The notes: generated by a model from the letters alone, not told the origin. Shown: positions 33,001 through 47,056, counted from the stretch's first letter. The stretch is DNA of 64,000 nt from Gammaproteobacteria bacterium (GCA_020845975.1 JADLET010000077.1:13721-77720); one strand, 5' to 3'. Translations and numbers: made by a program.

Positions 33001-33088
33001 CCAGTCCTACCGCGCCGCCGGTGCCGATGAATGCTTCACCAGCCTCGTCGAGGTGGAAGAGCTGAACCGGAAGCGCCTGCTGGGGTGA
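30041..33088 (+). CDS. Hybrid sensor histidine kinase-like protein (TM-periplasmic-TM, HAMP, 2x PAS, HisKA, HATPase_c, 2x REC) with degenerate H-box
   Basis: N/G1/G2 boxes are present. The H-box reads FIANVSQEVRVP, with Gln (cag, 31580..31582) where His is expected. Both receiver domains lack the conserved Lys. Confidence 0.85.
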   Translation: MSFRLKIILGLVVIQLLLLVILVWSSLNFLRGSNEIELSNRATSISEILASTLEDKLLSGDREGLLTHIHEILALPGTVYVRIVNPAGDLVAEGGNATGLVRPFAEDFLFDDVDDGIYDVSADIVRGGENMGSVQLGLSVQSINGIMDAARREMATIAMFGFAVSVIFSVFLGNYFRRRLTNLRDATRRIASGDIGYQVPVLGGDELAQTAGAFNTMSRKLVSLYSEKQAALTGARQKAQELQQSERRIHAVLHHAMDAIITIDENGQIESFNPAATRIFGYSAGEAIGQGLGILLPEPYLAEHERHIQQFIRGGDRAILGAAREIQGLRMDNTQFPLEIDISEMEIEGHYLFIVIARDITERKRLEERIRSTMESAPISMLMVDSDGSIVLVNAETENLFGYSRNELLGKSIEILVPERFRSRHPSQRQGYFAAPEARRMGKGRDLFGLCKNGSEFPVEIGLNPVVTKEGLLVLATVLDITERKQAESELRQAKEFALESSRSKFEFIANVSQEVRVPVNSMLSTLNLLLGTELAPEQRERVAAIRASGESLITIINDVLDFSKIEAGKLYLESIDFDLWQTVDIVYQLYRDQAARKGVNLVYVMPYSTPTGLRGDPTRLRQLLTNLVDNAVKFTEKGEVVLRIEVLEDAEQETVLRFAVSDTGPGIAAATQKRIFEIFTRAEAPLTPRYGSSGLGLVISKRLTEMMDGAIGVESEPGRGSLFWFTCRFMKQPDAKPAPRPVSHELGHLRALIVNSDAVALASMQNMVSELGLNSAGVDDGVRALHELITAAERRQPYDVVIFDMMMRGMSGLRFARTVREDGRISRLYMIMVATTGYRGDSEEVRHAGVQGYLTAPFDREQLLECIAAVTGIDRNDHETFVTRHSLAASRLPQHGHALVLAVEDDRQKQLLARLERIGYRASLALDAREALDAAVRGHYDLILVDNGARELLDAESIRRLRGREHQGTHIPVMVIVSPSASNAQCQSYRAAGADECFTSLVEVEELNRKRLLG

Positions 33089-33091
33089 TAA

Positions 33092-33202
33092 GGGCGTGAT
33101 GGGTTATGGGTGAAAGGTGATGAAAATGCGGGAATGAGTTGAACAGACCGCAACGACACGCTTTAATGTCTGCCATGACCCATCACCCATCACCCATCAC
33201 GG
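33092..33202. repeat. Hairpin element with GTGATGG/CCATCAC heptamer-tandem arms (copy D)
   Basis: gggcgtgatgggttatgggtgaaaggtgatg ... tgccatgacccatcacccatcacccatcacgg between convergent genes. Overlaps the stops of both. Confidence 0.8.
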
Positions 33203-34675
33203 TTTCTTCTCTTCCTCCCCGCTGACCTTTCGTTCCGCCTTCCAGGCCGTCTGCAGTTCGTCCATGCGCGCGTCGATGCGTGCCCGCAGGTGCCCGTCGT
33301 CTTCGGGCGCGCTGCGCTGGGCAATGCGCAGTTGTTCTATGGCGGCGCGTGTCTCGCCGAGCTGGTAATGGTGTTCCGCCAGCGCCAGGTGCATTTCGGT
33401 GGAGCGGCCGAGCATGCCCGCGGCGCGCGCCTGGAGGGCGTAGAGCTCGGCCTCGGGCGGGCGCTGCCGGAAATATGCGTTGATGGTCGCGCTGGCCTTT
33501 TTCGCCTGGTCCGCTTGCAGCAGAGCGCCGACGTAGCGCGTTGTCAGGGGCAGGTTATAGGGATACAGACCGAGATTGCGTTCGTAGGTGGCGAGCGCGG
33601 CGGTGGTCTGGCCGCCGGCGAGTTGAATCTGCGCCAGCAGGATCTGATAGGCGATACGCTCGGGGTCCCTGGCGATGAGCGGCCGCAGTTGCGCGAGCGC
33701 TTCCTTGTCCTGGCCGAGGGCGAGCAGCGACAGGGCGTAGCCGTAGGCAAGAGCATCCTTTTCCGACGCGGGCGCGGTGGCAAGTGTGTTTTCGAAATAT
33801 TCGGCGCTCTTCTGCGGATTGTTGTCCTGCAGTACGCGCACCTTGGCGCGGATCAGCGAATAGTTCCCGTTCGCCTCAGCGTCCCGGGCGCGCGGCAGTT
33901 GTTCGGCGCGGTTACGCGAATCCGCGATGCGCTCGGTGGTGACCGGGTGGGTGTACAGAAAGCTGTACTGCAGGTTTTCGTAGCTTGATTTCTGCAGGCG
34001 TTCGAAGAAATCGGGCATCGCGTGCGGGTCGAAGCCGGCGCCGGCCAGAAACCGCATGCCGATGCGATCCGCCTCCCATTCATTCGTGCGTGTGAAATTG
34101 ATCTGCTGCTGCGCGTTGCCGGCGATTGTGGCGGCGAGCGCGGCCTCGCCGATCTGTCCGCCCTGGCTGGTCTGGCTGCCGAGCAGGATGGCTGCGATGA
34201 TCGCGGCCGTCATCGGCGCGCTCATGCGCGCGGACTGTTCGATGGCGCGGGCGAGGTGGCGCTGGGCGACATGCGCGGTCTCGTGGCCGATGACCGCGGC
34301 AAGTTCCGCCTCGGACTGTGTCACGAGGATCAGTCCGGTGTTGACGCCGATATAGCCGCCGAAACCGGCGAAGGCATTGATCGCCGGGTCATTCACCACG
34401 AAGTAGGTGAACTGGCGGCCCTGGGTGCCACTGCTTGCCACCAGGCGATAGCCGAGCGACTGGATGTAGGATTCGACCTCGGGATCGTTCACCACCTGAA
34501 GCGCCTGCCGCACGTTGCGCATGAATACCTTGCCGAGCGTCTGTTCCTCGGTCGTCGACAGGTAGTTTTCGGCGGAATCGCCGATGTTGGGCAGATCCGC
34601 GGCGCCTGCCGCGATGCCCGCGCCGGCGAGCAGGGCGGCGAGGATGGTCAGGCGGCGGGGACGGGGCAGGTTCAC
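33197..34675 (-). CDS. bepA: M48 family metallopeptidase with TPR domain (BepA-like)
   Basis: Signal peptide, HETAHVAQRH zinc motif, C-terminal TPR repeats. 492 aa. Confidence 0.8.
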   Translation of the reverse strand: MNLPRPRRLTILAALLAGAGIAAGAADLPNIGDSAENYLSTTEEQTLGKVFMRNVRQALQVVNDPEVESYIQSLGYRLVASSGTQGRQFTYFVVNDPAINAFAGFGGYIGVNTGLILVTQSEAELAAVIGHETAHVAQRHLARAIEQSARMSAPMTAAIIAAILLGSQTSQGGQIGEAALAATIAGNAQQQINFTRTNEWEADRIGMRFLAGAGFDPHAMPDFFERLQKSSYENLQYSFLYTHPVTTERIADSRNRAEQLPRARDAEANGNYSLIRAKVRVLQDNNPQKSAEYFENTLATAPASEKDALAYGYALSLLALGQDKEALAQLRPLIARDPERIAYQILLAQIQLAGGQTTAALATYERNLGLYPYNLPLTTRYVGALLQADQAKKASATINAYFRQRPPEAELYALQARAAGMLGRSTEMHLALAEHHYQLGETRAAIEQLRIAQRSAPEDDGHLRARIDARMDELQTAWKAERKVSGEEEKKP

Positions 34676-34705
34676 GGGGTTTGCTCGGTTGCGCGGATCA
34701 GCGAC

Positions 34706-37576
<2,871 letters not shown>

Positions 37577-37645
37577 GGCAATTTCCCGCTCTAAAAGCAA
37601 CCTGTTAATATAGCCGCTTTACCCCAGGCAAGGCAAAACACCCCT

Positions 37646-39049
37646 ATGTCGCGTGAGAATATTACGGCGCTGGAGCGCCGGGCCGCATTGTCGCTGGCGG
37701 CGATCTTTTCCTTTCGCATGCTGGGTCTGTTCATGATCCTGCCGGTGTTCGCCCTGTACGCCGCGGAGCGCTTCGGCGCGGTGGCGCCGGTCCTGATCGG
37801 GCTCGCGATCGGCGCCTATGGGTTGTCGCAGGCCGTGCTGCAGATCCCCTTCGGCATGCTGTCCGACCGTTTCGGCTGCAAGCCGGTGATCGCCTTCGGG
37901 CTTGTCATCTTCGCGCTGGGCAGCGTAATGGCCGCCACGGCTGATTCCATGACGGGGATCATCATCGGGCGCATGGTGCAGGGCAGCGGCGCGATCGCCG
38001 CGGCGGTGATGGCGCTTGCCGCCGACCTGACGCGCGAGGAACACCGCACCAGGGCAATGGCGATGATCGGTCTCAGCATAGGTCTGTCATTCGCGGTCGC
38101 ACTGGCGCTGGGCCCGATCCTGACTCACTGGATCGGCGTGCCCGGCATCTTCTGGCTGACCGGGGTGCTGGCCCTGTTCGGGATCGCGCTGCTGTATCTG
38201 GTGGTGCCGAATCCGGTTCGTCACCGCACTCATCGCGACACCGGTGCGGTGCCAAGGTTTTTTTCCCAGGTACTGCATGATCCACAGCTGCTGCGCATCG
38301 ACGGCGGGATTTTCGCGCTCCACTGCATCCTTACCGCGAGCTTTGTCGCGCTGCCGTTCGCGCTGCGCGATTTTGCCGGGGTCGATACCCCGCATCACGG
38401 CTATGTCTATCTGCCTGTGTTGCTGGTCGCGCTGGCGGTGATGGTTCCGCTGGTGGTGATTGCGGAGAAGCGTCGCCGGCTGAAGGAGGTATTTTTGTTC
38501 GCAATCGCCGGCATAGCACTGGCGGAGTTCGGGCTGGTGTTTTTCCATCATTCGCTCGTCGCGATCGTCGCCCTGCTGCTGCTGTTCTTCTGCGCCTTCA
38601 ACGTACTGGAAGCGCTGCTGCCCTCGCTGATCGCGAAGTTCGCCCCGGCGGACAAGAAAGGCACCGCGATGGGCGTCTATTCGACCTCGCAGTTCCTCGG
38701 GGCATTCTGCGGAGGGGTGGTCGGCGGCTATCTGTACGGCCATACCGGCATCGCCGGGGTATTCGGCTTCTGTGCCCTGATGGCTGCCCTGTGGTGGCTG
38801 TGGGCACGCACCATGGCGCCGCCACGTTATCTCAGCAGCTATATGATTTCCTTGGGAGAAAGTCGTCCCGATGGCTCCGGCGTCGAGGTCGCCCGGCGGG
38901 AGAGCGAGCTGCTTGCCCTGCCCGGAGTGGCGGAGGCGATTGTTGTGATGGAAGAGGGGGTGGCGTATCTTAAGGTAGACAGCCGCACGGTGGATTACGG
39001 GCGGCTCGATCGTCTCGCGGCCGAATGGGCCGGGACGGCGAATTCATAG
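37646..39049 (+). CDS. MFS transporter with C-terminal soluble extension
   Basis: Twelve predicted TM segments with the MFS signature region (GMLSDRFGCKP). About 70 C-terminal residues look like a small alpha/beta domain. Confidence 0.75.
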   Translation: MSRENITALERRAALSLAAIFSFRMLGLFMILPVFALYAAERFGAVAPVLIGLAIGAYGLSQAVLQIPFGMLSDRFGCKPVIAFGLVIFALGSVMAATADSMTGIIIGRMVQGSGAIAAAVMALAADLTREEHRTRAMAMIGLSIGLSFAVALALGPILTHWIGVPGIFWLTGVLALFGIALLYLVVPNPVRHRTHRDTGAVPRFFSQVLHDPQLLRIDGGIFALHCILTASFVALPFALRDFAGVDTPHHGYVYLPVLLVALAVMVPLVVIAEKRRRLKEVFLFAIAGIALAEFGLVFFHHSLVAIVALLLLFFCAFNVLEALLPSLIAKFAPADKKGTAMGVYSTSQFLGAFCGGVVGGYLYGHTGIAGVFGFCALMAALWWLWARTMAPPRYLSSYMISLGESRPDGSGVEVARRESELLALPGVAEAIVVMEEGVAYLKVDSRTVDYGRLDRLAAEWAGTANS

Positions 39050-39088
39050 AGAATCAGCGATTTTTGCGCGAGTATCCGGGAGACGAGT

Positions 39089-39556
39089 ATGGCAAGAGGC
39101 GTGAACAAGGTCATTCTGATTGGCAATCTGGGCAAGGACCCGGAGGTGCGTTATATGCCGAGCGGCGGCGCGGTGGCGAACGTCACCCTGGCCACTTCGG
39201 AGTCATGGAAAGACAAGCAGTCCGGCGAGAAGCAGGAACGCACGGAATGGCATACCGTGGTGTTCTACAACCGCCTCGCCGAGATCGCGGGTGAATACCT
39301 CAAGAAGGGTTCGAAGGTCTATGTCGAAGGCAGCCTGCGCACGCGGAAATGGCAGGACAAGAACTCCGGCGCCGACCGCTACACCACCGAAATCATCGCC
39401 AGCGAGATGCAGATGCTTGACGGTCGCGGCGGCGGCGGCGGCGGTGGTGGCGGCGAGAGTTACGGCGAACGTTCCGGCCAGTCCCAGTCGGCCCCGGCTG
39501 CGCGCGAGCAGGTCGCGGCGGGCGCCGACGATTTCGACGACGACATCCCGTTCTGA
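39089..39556 (+). CDS. ssb: Single-stranded DNA-binding protein
   Basis: OB-fold N-domain ([19 protein letters not shown]), Gly-rich linker, acidic tail DDDIPF. Confidence 0.95.
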   Translation: MARGVNKVILIGNLGKDPEVRYMPSGGAVANVTLATSESWKDKQSGEKQERTEWHTVVFYNRLAEIAGEYLKKGSKVYVEGSLRTRKWQDKNSGADRYTTEIIASEMQMLDGRGGGGGGGGGESYGERSGQSQSAPAAREQVAAGADDFDDDIPF

Positions 39557-39557
39557 G

Positions 39558-39611
39558 ACGGCGTCCTTGCCGTTTTTCAAGGTCGTAACCGGGCGCCTGC
39601 GCGCCCGGTTT
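39558..39611 (+). terminator. Tandem rho-independent terminator candidates after ssb
   Basis: acggcgtccttgccgt followed by ttttt, then ccgggcgcctgcgcgcccgg followed by ttt. Confidence 0.55.
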
Positions 39612-39636
39612 GCTGTTGTCCATGGGGCGCCGCGCC

Positions 39637-41666
<2,030 letters not shown>

Positions 41667-41673
41667 GCCGGCC

Positions 41674-42432
41674 TCAACCGCCCTCGCTGTCCCCGTCCGG
41701 CGTTTCCGCGGCGGGCGGATTCAGTTCCAGCACTCGGCGCGCGTTTGCCGCCAGGTCGTTCAGGCCGAGGTGTTCGTAGGCCTCGGCCATCACGGCGAGC
41801 GCGCGCGGCACCGAACCGGTCTGCGGGAAGGTTTCAATCACATACCGGGCGCGATTGGCGGCCGCGACGTAGGCGCCGCGCTTCATGTAGTAGTCCGCGA
41901 CGTATATCTCGTGCCTGGCCAGATAATTCTTCAGATGCACCATGCGCTGCACGGCGTCCGGTGCGTAACGGCTGTCGGGGAAGCGCCTGACCATCTCGGC
42001 GAAATGCTGGAAGGATTCGAGCGCCGCGCGCGGGTCGCGCAACGCGGCGTCGATATGCGCGAGGTCGTCGAGCATCCCGCTGGTCTGGCCGAAATTCGCC
42101 AGGCCGCGCAGATAGTAGGCGTAATCGACGTCAGGGTGGCGCGGATAGGTCTTGATGAAGTGTTCGGCCGTGCTGACCGCCTGATCGGGCTGGTCGAATT
42201 TATAGTAGGCGTAGGCAAGGTCAAGCTGCGCCCGCGCCGCGTTGTCGCCGAAGGGATAGCGCGCCGCCAGATCCTCGAAGTGTTTGATCGCGGTCTCGTA
42301 GTAGCCGTCGCGCAGCGCCTCCTTGCCGAGTTCATAGAGGCGCGCGGCGCCGGATTCCCCATCCTTGTCACCGGAGGTGGCGCAGCCGCCAAGCAGCGCG
42401 GCGAGCAGGCAGGCGATCAGTATATTGCGCAT
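41674..42432 (-). CDS. bamD: Outer membrane protein assembly factor BamD
   Basis: Lipobox LGGC and TPR-like repeats with the BamD pattern (YAYY...DYAYYLRG...YAPDA). Confidence 0.8.
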   Translation of the reverse strand: MRNILIACLLAALLGGCATSGDKDGESGAARLYELGKEALRDGYYETAIKHFEDLAARYPFGDNAARAQLDLAYAYYKFDQPDQAVSTAEHFIKTYPRHPDVDYAYYLRGLANFGQTSGMLDDLAHIDAALRDPRAALESFQHFAEMVRRFPDSRYAPDAVQRMVHLKNYLARHEIYVADYYMKRGAYVAAANRARYVIETFPQTGSVPRALAVMAEAYEHLGLNDLAANARRVLELNPPAAETPDGDSEGG

Positions 42433-42480
42433 GGTGAATCTCATTGCCTAAAGGGGAGCATTATAGCCGGCATCGTCCGC

Positions 42481-43725
42481 TCAGGGCGGTGGCGATACCG
42501 TCGCGATGAGTGACTGAACCTCGCCCAGCCGGCGGACCCAGGGTTGCAGTTTCAGTTCCGGCGGCAGCCCGGCGGCGGCGGCGCGTGCGCTCGCCGCGTC
42601 CGGATAGACGCCGCGGATAATTGAATACCAGGGATACCCCTCGCGCCGGGTCTCGAACCAGGCCAGGCCGTCCAGCGGGTGCGTCCGGGCGAAGCGCCGC
42701 AGGGCCGCCACGTCCGCCACGCTGAACAGCTGCAGCGTGTAGGCGCCAGGGTCCTGTCGCGCGATCCAGTCCGCGCCGAGCAGCGCCTCCTGTCGCGAGG
42801 GTGCGGCCGACTCCTCCTTCGGGGCGGCCGAGGCGGTGGTGTCATTCGTCGCGATGGTCGCGGCCGCCTGCGCCGCCGGTTCTTTTCGGGGGGCGGAGGC
42901 GGCGGGTGCGGCGGCGCCGGCGCCGGGGATTTCGATATCGGGCCGGGCGGTCGCCATCGGCATGGGCGTGTCGACGGCAGGTGGGCCCCTCTGGAGGTCG
43001 AGCATCCGGTAGGCGATGTTGGCGACCGCCGCGGCCTCGGTCTTCGCGCCGGAGTCGGGATAGTTTTCCAGCGCCGCGCGGGCGTGCAGGCCGGCGTTCA
43101 CGTAGTCGCTGCGATTGATATAGATCTTCGCGGTGGCGACCTCGTAGGTGGCCAGGCCGTTCTGCAGGTGGAGTATGCGCGCGCGGGCGTCCTCGGCGTA
43201 TTTGCTCTGGGGATAGCGCGCGACCAGATCGCCGAAATACTCCAGCGCGAGGTCGGCGGTGGGCGGTCGCGGACGGATTTCCACGAGTTCCCGCGCCATC
43301 GCCTCCTGCGCCTGATTGAACATGGCGAGGCCGCGCAGGTAGTACACATAATCCAGATTGGGGTGCCCGGGATTCTCCCGGATGAGTCGCTCTGAGGCCA
43401 TCAGTACTGAGGCGACCTCGTTCTGCCTGAAATAGGCGTAGATCAGCTCCACCTGTCCCTGCAGCGTGTTCGGGTCGCCGGGATACAGCGATTCAAGTTT
43501 GAGGAACTGCCGCGCCGCGCCCGGATAATCTTCCTGTTGCATGGCCGCGTGGCCGGACTGGTAGAGCGCGGCTGCGTTCGTGTGCGCCTCGGGGCGTGTC
43601 TTCGCCGTACCGCTGCAGCCGGCCGCGCCCAGCGCGAACGCCGCGAGCAGGGCGACGATGGCCGGTATGGGGAACGGTGGCCGCCGGGTGAAGCGGCGCA
43701 GGGTCTGGTAAGCGTCGCCCGGCAT
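42481..43725 (-). CDS. BamD-like lipoprotein fused to a C-terminal SPOR domain
   Basis: Lipobox GAAGC; N-terminal 230 aa homologous to the adjacent bamD (YAYF...DYVYYLRG...YAEDA); Ala/Pro-rich linker; C-terminal SPOR-like fold (YTLQLFSVADVAALRRFA...WYSIIRGVYPDAASARAAA). Divergent from rluD. Confidence 0.65.
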   Translation of the reverse strand: MPGDAYQTLRRFTRRPPFPIPAIVALLAAFALGAAGCSGTAKTRPEAHTNAAALYQSGHAAMQQEDYPGAARQFLKLESLYPGDPNTLQGQVELIYAYFRQNEVASVLMASERLIRENPGHPNLDYVYYLRGLAMFNQAQEAMARELVEIRPRPPTADLALEYFGDLVARYPQSKYAEDARARILHLQNGLATYEVATAKIYINRSDYVNAGLHARAALENYPDSGAKTEAAAVANIAYRMLDLQRGPPAVDTPMPMATARPDIEIPGAGAAAPAASAPRKEPAAQAAATIATNDTTASAAPKEESAAPSRQEALLGADWIARQDPGAYTLQLFSVADVAALRRFARTHPLDGLAWFETRREGYPWYSIIRGVYPDAASARAAAAGLPPELKLQPWVRRLGEVQSLIATVSPPP

Positions 43726-43807
43726 GATCAAGTAGAATGGTCGCCAATCATCGGCGTCATTATGGTCCGATATCCTTCTGAAAGAAATAGAGTCTATGGG
43801 GAATGGC

Positions 43808-44791
43808 ATGCCCACGGCATCGGATCAGGTCGATTCGCTGGTCTATGAGCGGCGGCTGACGGCGCAGATCCCGGACGCGCTGGCCGGGCTGCGCATGGAC
43901 CGTGCGCTGGCCGAGCTGTTTCCCGATTATTCGCGCGCACGCCTGCAGCACTGGATGGAGGAGGGGCGGGTCAGCGTCGACGGACGGCACCCGCGCCCGC
44001 GCGACAAGGCGCGCGGGGGGGAGCAGGTCGAGCTGCTCGCGCGCGTGGAACGCGATACGGCCTGGCAGGCCGAGGAGCGCGCGCTCGACATTGTCTACGA
44101 GGATGCGGACCTTCTGGTGATCAACAAGCCGCCGGGACTGGTGGTGCACCCCGCGGTCGGCAACCGCGCGGGGACGCTGCTCAATGCCCTGTTGCACCAT
44201 GCGCCGGAACTCGCACTGTTGCCGCGCGCGGGCATCGTTCATCGCCTCGACAAGGACACCAGCGGCTTGCTTGTGGTGGCGCGCACACTGGAATCACACA
44301 AGCGGCTGGTCTCCGCGCTGCAGGCGCGCGCGGTGGAGCGCGAGTACGAGGCCGTGGTGTGCGGCGTGGTGACCGCTGGCGGACGCATTGACGCGCCGAT
44401 CGGCCGCCACCCCACGCAGCGCACCCGCATGGCCGTACGTGAGCACGGCCGGGCCGCGGTGAGTCATTACCGGGTGATGGAACGCTTCCGCGCCCATACC
44501 CATGTGCGGGTCAATCTGGAGTCCGGGCGCACGCACCAGATCCGTGTTCACATGGCGCATATCCGTTACCCGCTGGTCGGCGATCCGGTCTACGGCGGAC
44601 GCCTGCGCCTGCCGCCCGGTTGCGCTACAGGGCTCACCGAGGCCTTGCGCGGTTTTCGGCGCCAGGCGCTGCACGCGCGCAGGCTGGCGCTGGCACATCC
44701 GGCGAGCGGGGCGGAAATGCAGTGGTCGGCCCCGCTGCCAGCGGACATGGAAGGCTTGCTCGCGGCCCTGCGCGAGGATATGTTGCAGTAG
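43808..44791 (+). CDS. rluD: 23S rRNA pseudouridine synthase D
   Basis: S4 domain plus RluA-family catalytic motif ([14 protein letters not shown]). Divergent from the bamD-like gene, as in E. coli. Confidence 0.85.
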   Translation: MPTASDQVDSLVYERRLTAQIPDALAGLRMDRALAELFPDYSRARLQHWMEEGRVSVDGRHPRPRDKARGGEQVELLARVERDTAWQAEERALDIVYEDADLLVINKPPGLVVHPAVGNRAGTLLNALLHHAPELALLPRAGIVHRLDKDTSGLLVVARTLESHKRLVSALQARAVEREYEAVVCGVVTAGGRIDAPIGRHPTQRTRMAVREHGRAAVSHYRVMERFRAHTHVRVNLESGRTHQIRVHMAHIRYPLVGDPVYGGRLRLPPGCATGLTEALRGFRRQALHARRLALAHPASGAEMQWSAPLPADMEGLLAALREDMLQ

Positions 44792-44797
44792 CGTGAC

Positions 44798-44839
44798 ACT
44801 GTCATATTCGTGCAATATGGCCGGGCTACCCTGCACGAA
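44798..44839 (+). promoter_or_regulatory. Candidate Pho box / inverted repeat upstream of phoB
   Basis: CTGTCAT-ATTC-GTGCAAT (7+4+7 spacing) about 50 bp upstream of the phoB ATG; ATTCGTGCA...TGCACGAAT forms an inverted repeat. Confidence 0.3.
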
Positions 44840-44864
44840 TCGAAAAAGATCGGATGAATCCGGA

Positions 44865-45551
44865 ATGATGCCCAAGTTGCTGCTGGTGGAAGACGAGGCG
44901 CCGGTGCGGGAGATGCTGAAGTTCGCACTGGCGGACGAGGACTTCGAGATAATCGAGGCTGCCGATGCCGGCGAGGGCTTCACCCTCATCCGCGGGCAGC
45001 GGCCTGATCTGATCCTGCTCGACTGGATGCTGCCGGGCATGAGCGGGGTGGAGTTCGCGCGCCGCCTGAAGAAGGATGTCTCGAACCGGGATATCCCGAT
45101 CATCATGCTGACGGCGCGGGCGGAGGAGGACGACAAGGTAAAGGGATTGCAGGAGGCGGACGACTACATCACCAAGCCGTTTTCCACCCGCGAGCTCAAG
45201 GCCCGTATCCAGGCCGTGCTGCGGCGCACCGCCCCGGGTGGGCAGCAGGAACTGATCCAGGTCGGTGCGCTGTGCCTGGATTCCATCGGACACAAGGTGA
45301 CCGTTCAGGGCGAGGAGCTCGATATCGGGCCGACGGAATTCCGACTGCTCCATTTCTTCATGACCCATCCGGAGCGGGTATACACCCGCGAGCAACTTCT
45401 GAATAATGTCTGGGGACAGAACGTTTATGTCGAGGAGCGTACCGTCGATGTCCACATCCGCCGCCTGCGCAAGGCGCTGGCGACCGCTGGATATGATCGC
45501 CATGTGCAGACGGTACGTACGGTAGGGTATCGCTTTTCCACACAGGTATAG
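44865..45551 (+). CDS. phoB: Phosphate regulon response regulator PhoB
   Basis: REC domain (LLVEDE...[11 protein letters not shown]...K) plus OmpR/PhoB winged-helix domain. 228 aa. Confidence 0.9.
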   Translation: MMPKLLLVEDEAPVREMLKFALADEDFEIIEAADAGEGFTLIRGQRPDLILLDWMLPGMSGVEFARRLKKDVSNRDIPIIMLTARAEEDDKVKGLQEADDYITKPFSTRELKARIQAVLRRTAPGGQQELIQVGALCLDSIGHKVTVQGEELDIGPTEFRLLHFFMTHPERVYTREQLLNNVWGQNVYVEERTVDVHIRRLRKALATAGYDRHVQTVRTVGYRFSTQV

Positions 45552-45553
45552 GC

Positions 45554-46876
45554 TTGACCGGCTACTGGCTGAGGGAATTCGGGCGTCTGTCGCTGATCCT
45601 GGTGACCAGCCTGCTGGTGGGGGCCTCGCTCGGGCGCCATGGCGAGTTTCTCGTGGTTGGCCTGCTGATCTTCCTGGGTTGGCACCTCCTCAAACTGCAT
45701 CACTTCGCGCGCTGGCTGATCCATGGCTACGAACCCGAGGCCGGTTTTTCCGAAAATATCTGGAGCGAGCTTTACTACCAGGTCTACAAGCTGCGCGACC
45801 GTGGGCGGAAGCGCGAGCGCAAGCTCAGGAACCTGGTCGAACGCTATCGCCAGTCCGCGGCGGCCTTTCCGGACGCGGCCCTGGTGCTGCGGCGCGATAA
45901 CTCCATCGAATGGATGAACGAGGCAGCCGCCACGCTGCTGGGGTTGAATCTTGTGCGCGATATCGGCCAGCGCGTCGACAACATGGTGCGCCAGCCGGAC
46001 TTCGTGCAGTATCTGCAGTCCGGGGAATATGTCGAGCCGCTAACGCTGATGTCGCCGATCGACAACGCGGCTACCATGCAGATCTATATTGTCCCGTACG
46101 GCGACAACCAGCGCCTGATGATCGCGCGCGATATCACCAAGCTGCACCGGCTCGAGGTTATGCGGCGCGATTTCATCGCCAACGTCTCGCATGAGCTCAG
46201 CACGCCGCTGACGGTGATCAGCGGTTACCTCGAAAGCCTGGTCGGCAAGTCGCGCAAGCCCGAGCAGCTTGATCAGGCGCTCAGACAGATGCAGCAGCAG
46301 ACCGAGCGCATGCGCAATCTGGTCAACGACCTGCTGCAGATCTCACGTCTCGAGATGAATGAAATCCAGGATGATGAAGCGGACGTCAATGTGCCCGCCA
46401 TGCTGCATGGGCTGCTGGCTGATGCCAGGATGCTTGGTGGCGAACGCCGCCATGAAATCGTGCTGGAGGTAGAGGAGCCTGTCTGGCTGCACGGTGTCAA
46501 CCAGTATCTCTACAGTGCCTTCGCCAATCTGGTGCGCAATGCCGTGCAATATACGCCCGGCGGCGGACGCATTGTTATCCGCTGGTATGCCGACCCGGTC
46601 GGGGCGTATTTCTCGGTAGAGGACACTGGCATAGGCATCCCGCCGCATCTGATTCCGCGGCTCACCGAGCGGTTCTACCGCGTCGACGCCGGGCGTTCCC
46701 GTTCGGTGGGTGGCACCGGACTCGGGCTGTCCATTGTAAAGCATGTCCTGCGCAATCATCAGGCGGTGCTGGAGGTCAAGAGCGCCCCCGGACAGGGCAG
46801 CACCTTCCTGTGCCGTTTCCCGCCTTCCCGGGTGGTACGCAAGCCGGGAGAAGCGGAGATGCGCCTGGTGAAATAG
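45554..46876 (+). CDS. phoR: Phosphate regulon sensor histidine kinase PhoR
   Basis: Membrane anchor, PAS, HisKA with FIANVSHELSTPLT, HATPase_c. TTG start 3 nt after the phoB stop. Confidence 0.85.
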   Translation: MTGYWLREFGRLSLILVTSLLVGASLGRHGEFLVVGLLIFLGWHLLKLHHFARWLIHGYEPEAGFSENIWSELYYQVYKLRDRGRKRERKLRNLVERYRQSAAAFPDAALVLRRDNSIEWMNEAAATLLGLNLVRDIGQRVDNMVRQPDFVQYLQSGEYVEPLTLMSPIDNAATMQIYIVPYGDNQRLMIARDITKLHRLEVMRRDFIANVSHELSTPLTVISGYLESLVGKSRKPEQLDQALRQMQQQTERMRNLVNDLLQISRLEMNEIQDDEADVNVPAMLHGLLADARMLGGERRHEIVLEVEEPVWLHGVNQYLYSAFANLVRNAVQYTPGGGRIVIRWYADPVGAYFSVEDTGIGIPPHLIPRLTERFYRVDAGRSRSVGGTGLGLSIVKHVLRNHQAVLEVKSAPGQGSTFLCRFPPSRVVRKPGEAEMRLVK

Positions 46877-47029
46877 GCGGTGGGCCGAAGGGTCATCGAA
46901 TATTCCCTGCCACGGTCATCCTGTCGTCACAATGACTCACTACAGTAACGCGCTGCGGTGGGGGAGTGGGTTAGTTGGACCGCTAAGCCCCGCCGCGTCC
47001 CCCTCTCGACCCCTGTCCTCTTGGGGTCC

Positions 47030-47056
47030 AGGGCCGCGCCTGCGGCCTTTTTTTTT
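47030..47056 (+). terminator. Rho-independent terminator after phoR
   Basis: Hairpin ggccgcgcctgcggcc followed by a T9 run. Confidence 0.8.

Noticed and set aside
37577-37645. LexA/SOS box in the uvrA/MFS divergent promoter and upstream of ssb
   Set aside because: Only a partial CTGT-N-rich match (cctgttaatatagcc) without the ACAG half. Not convincing for either the gamma-proteobacterial or the Xanthomonadales-type consensus.
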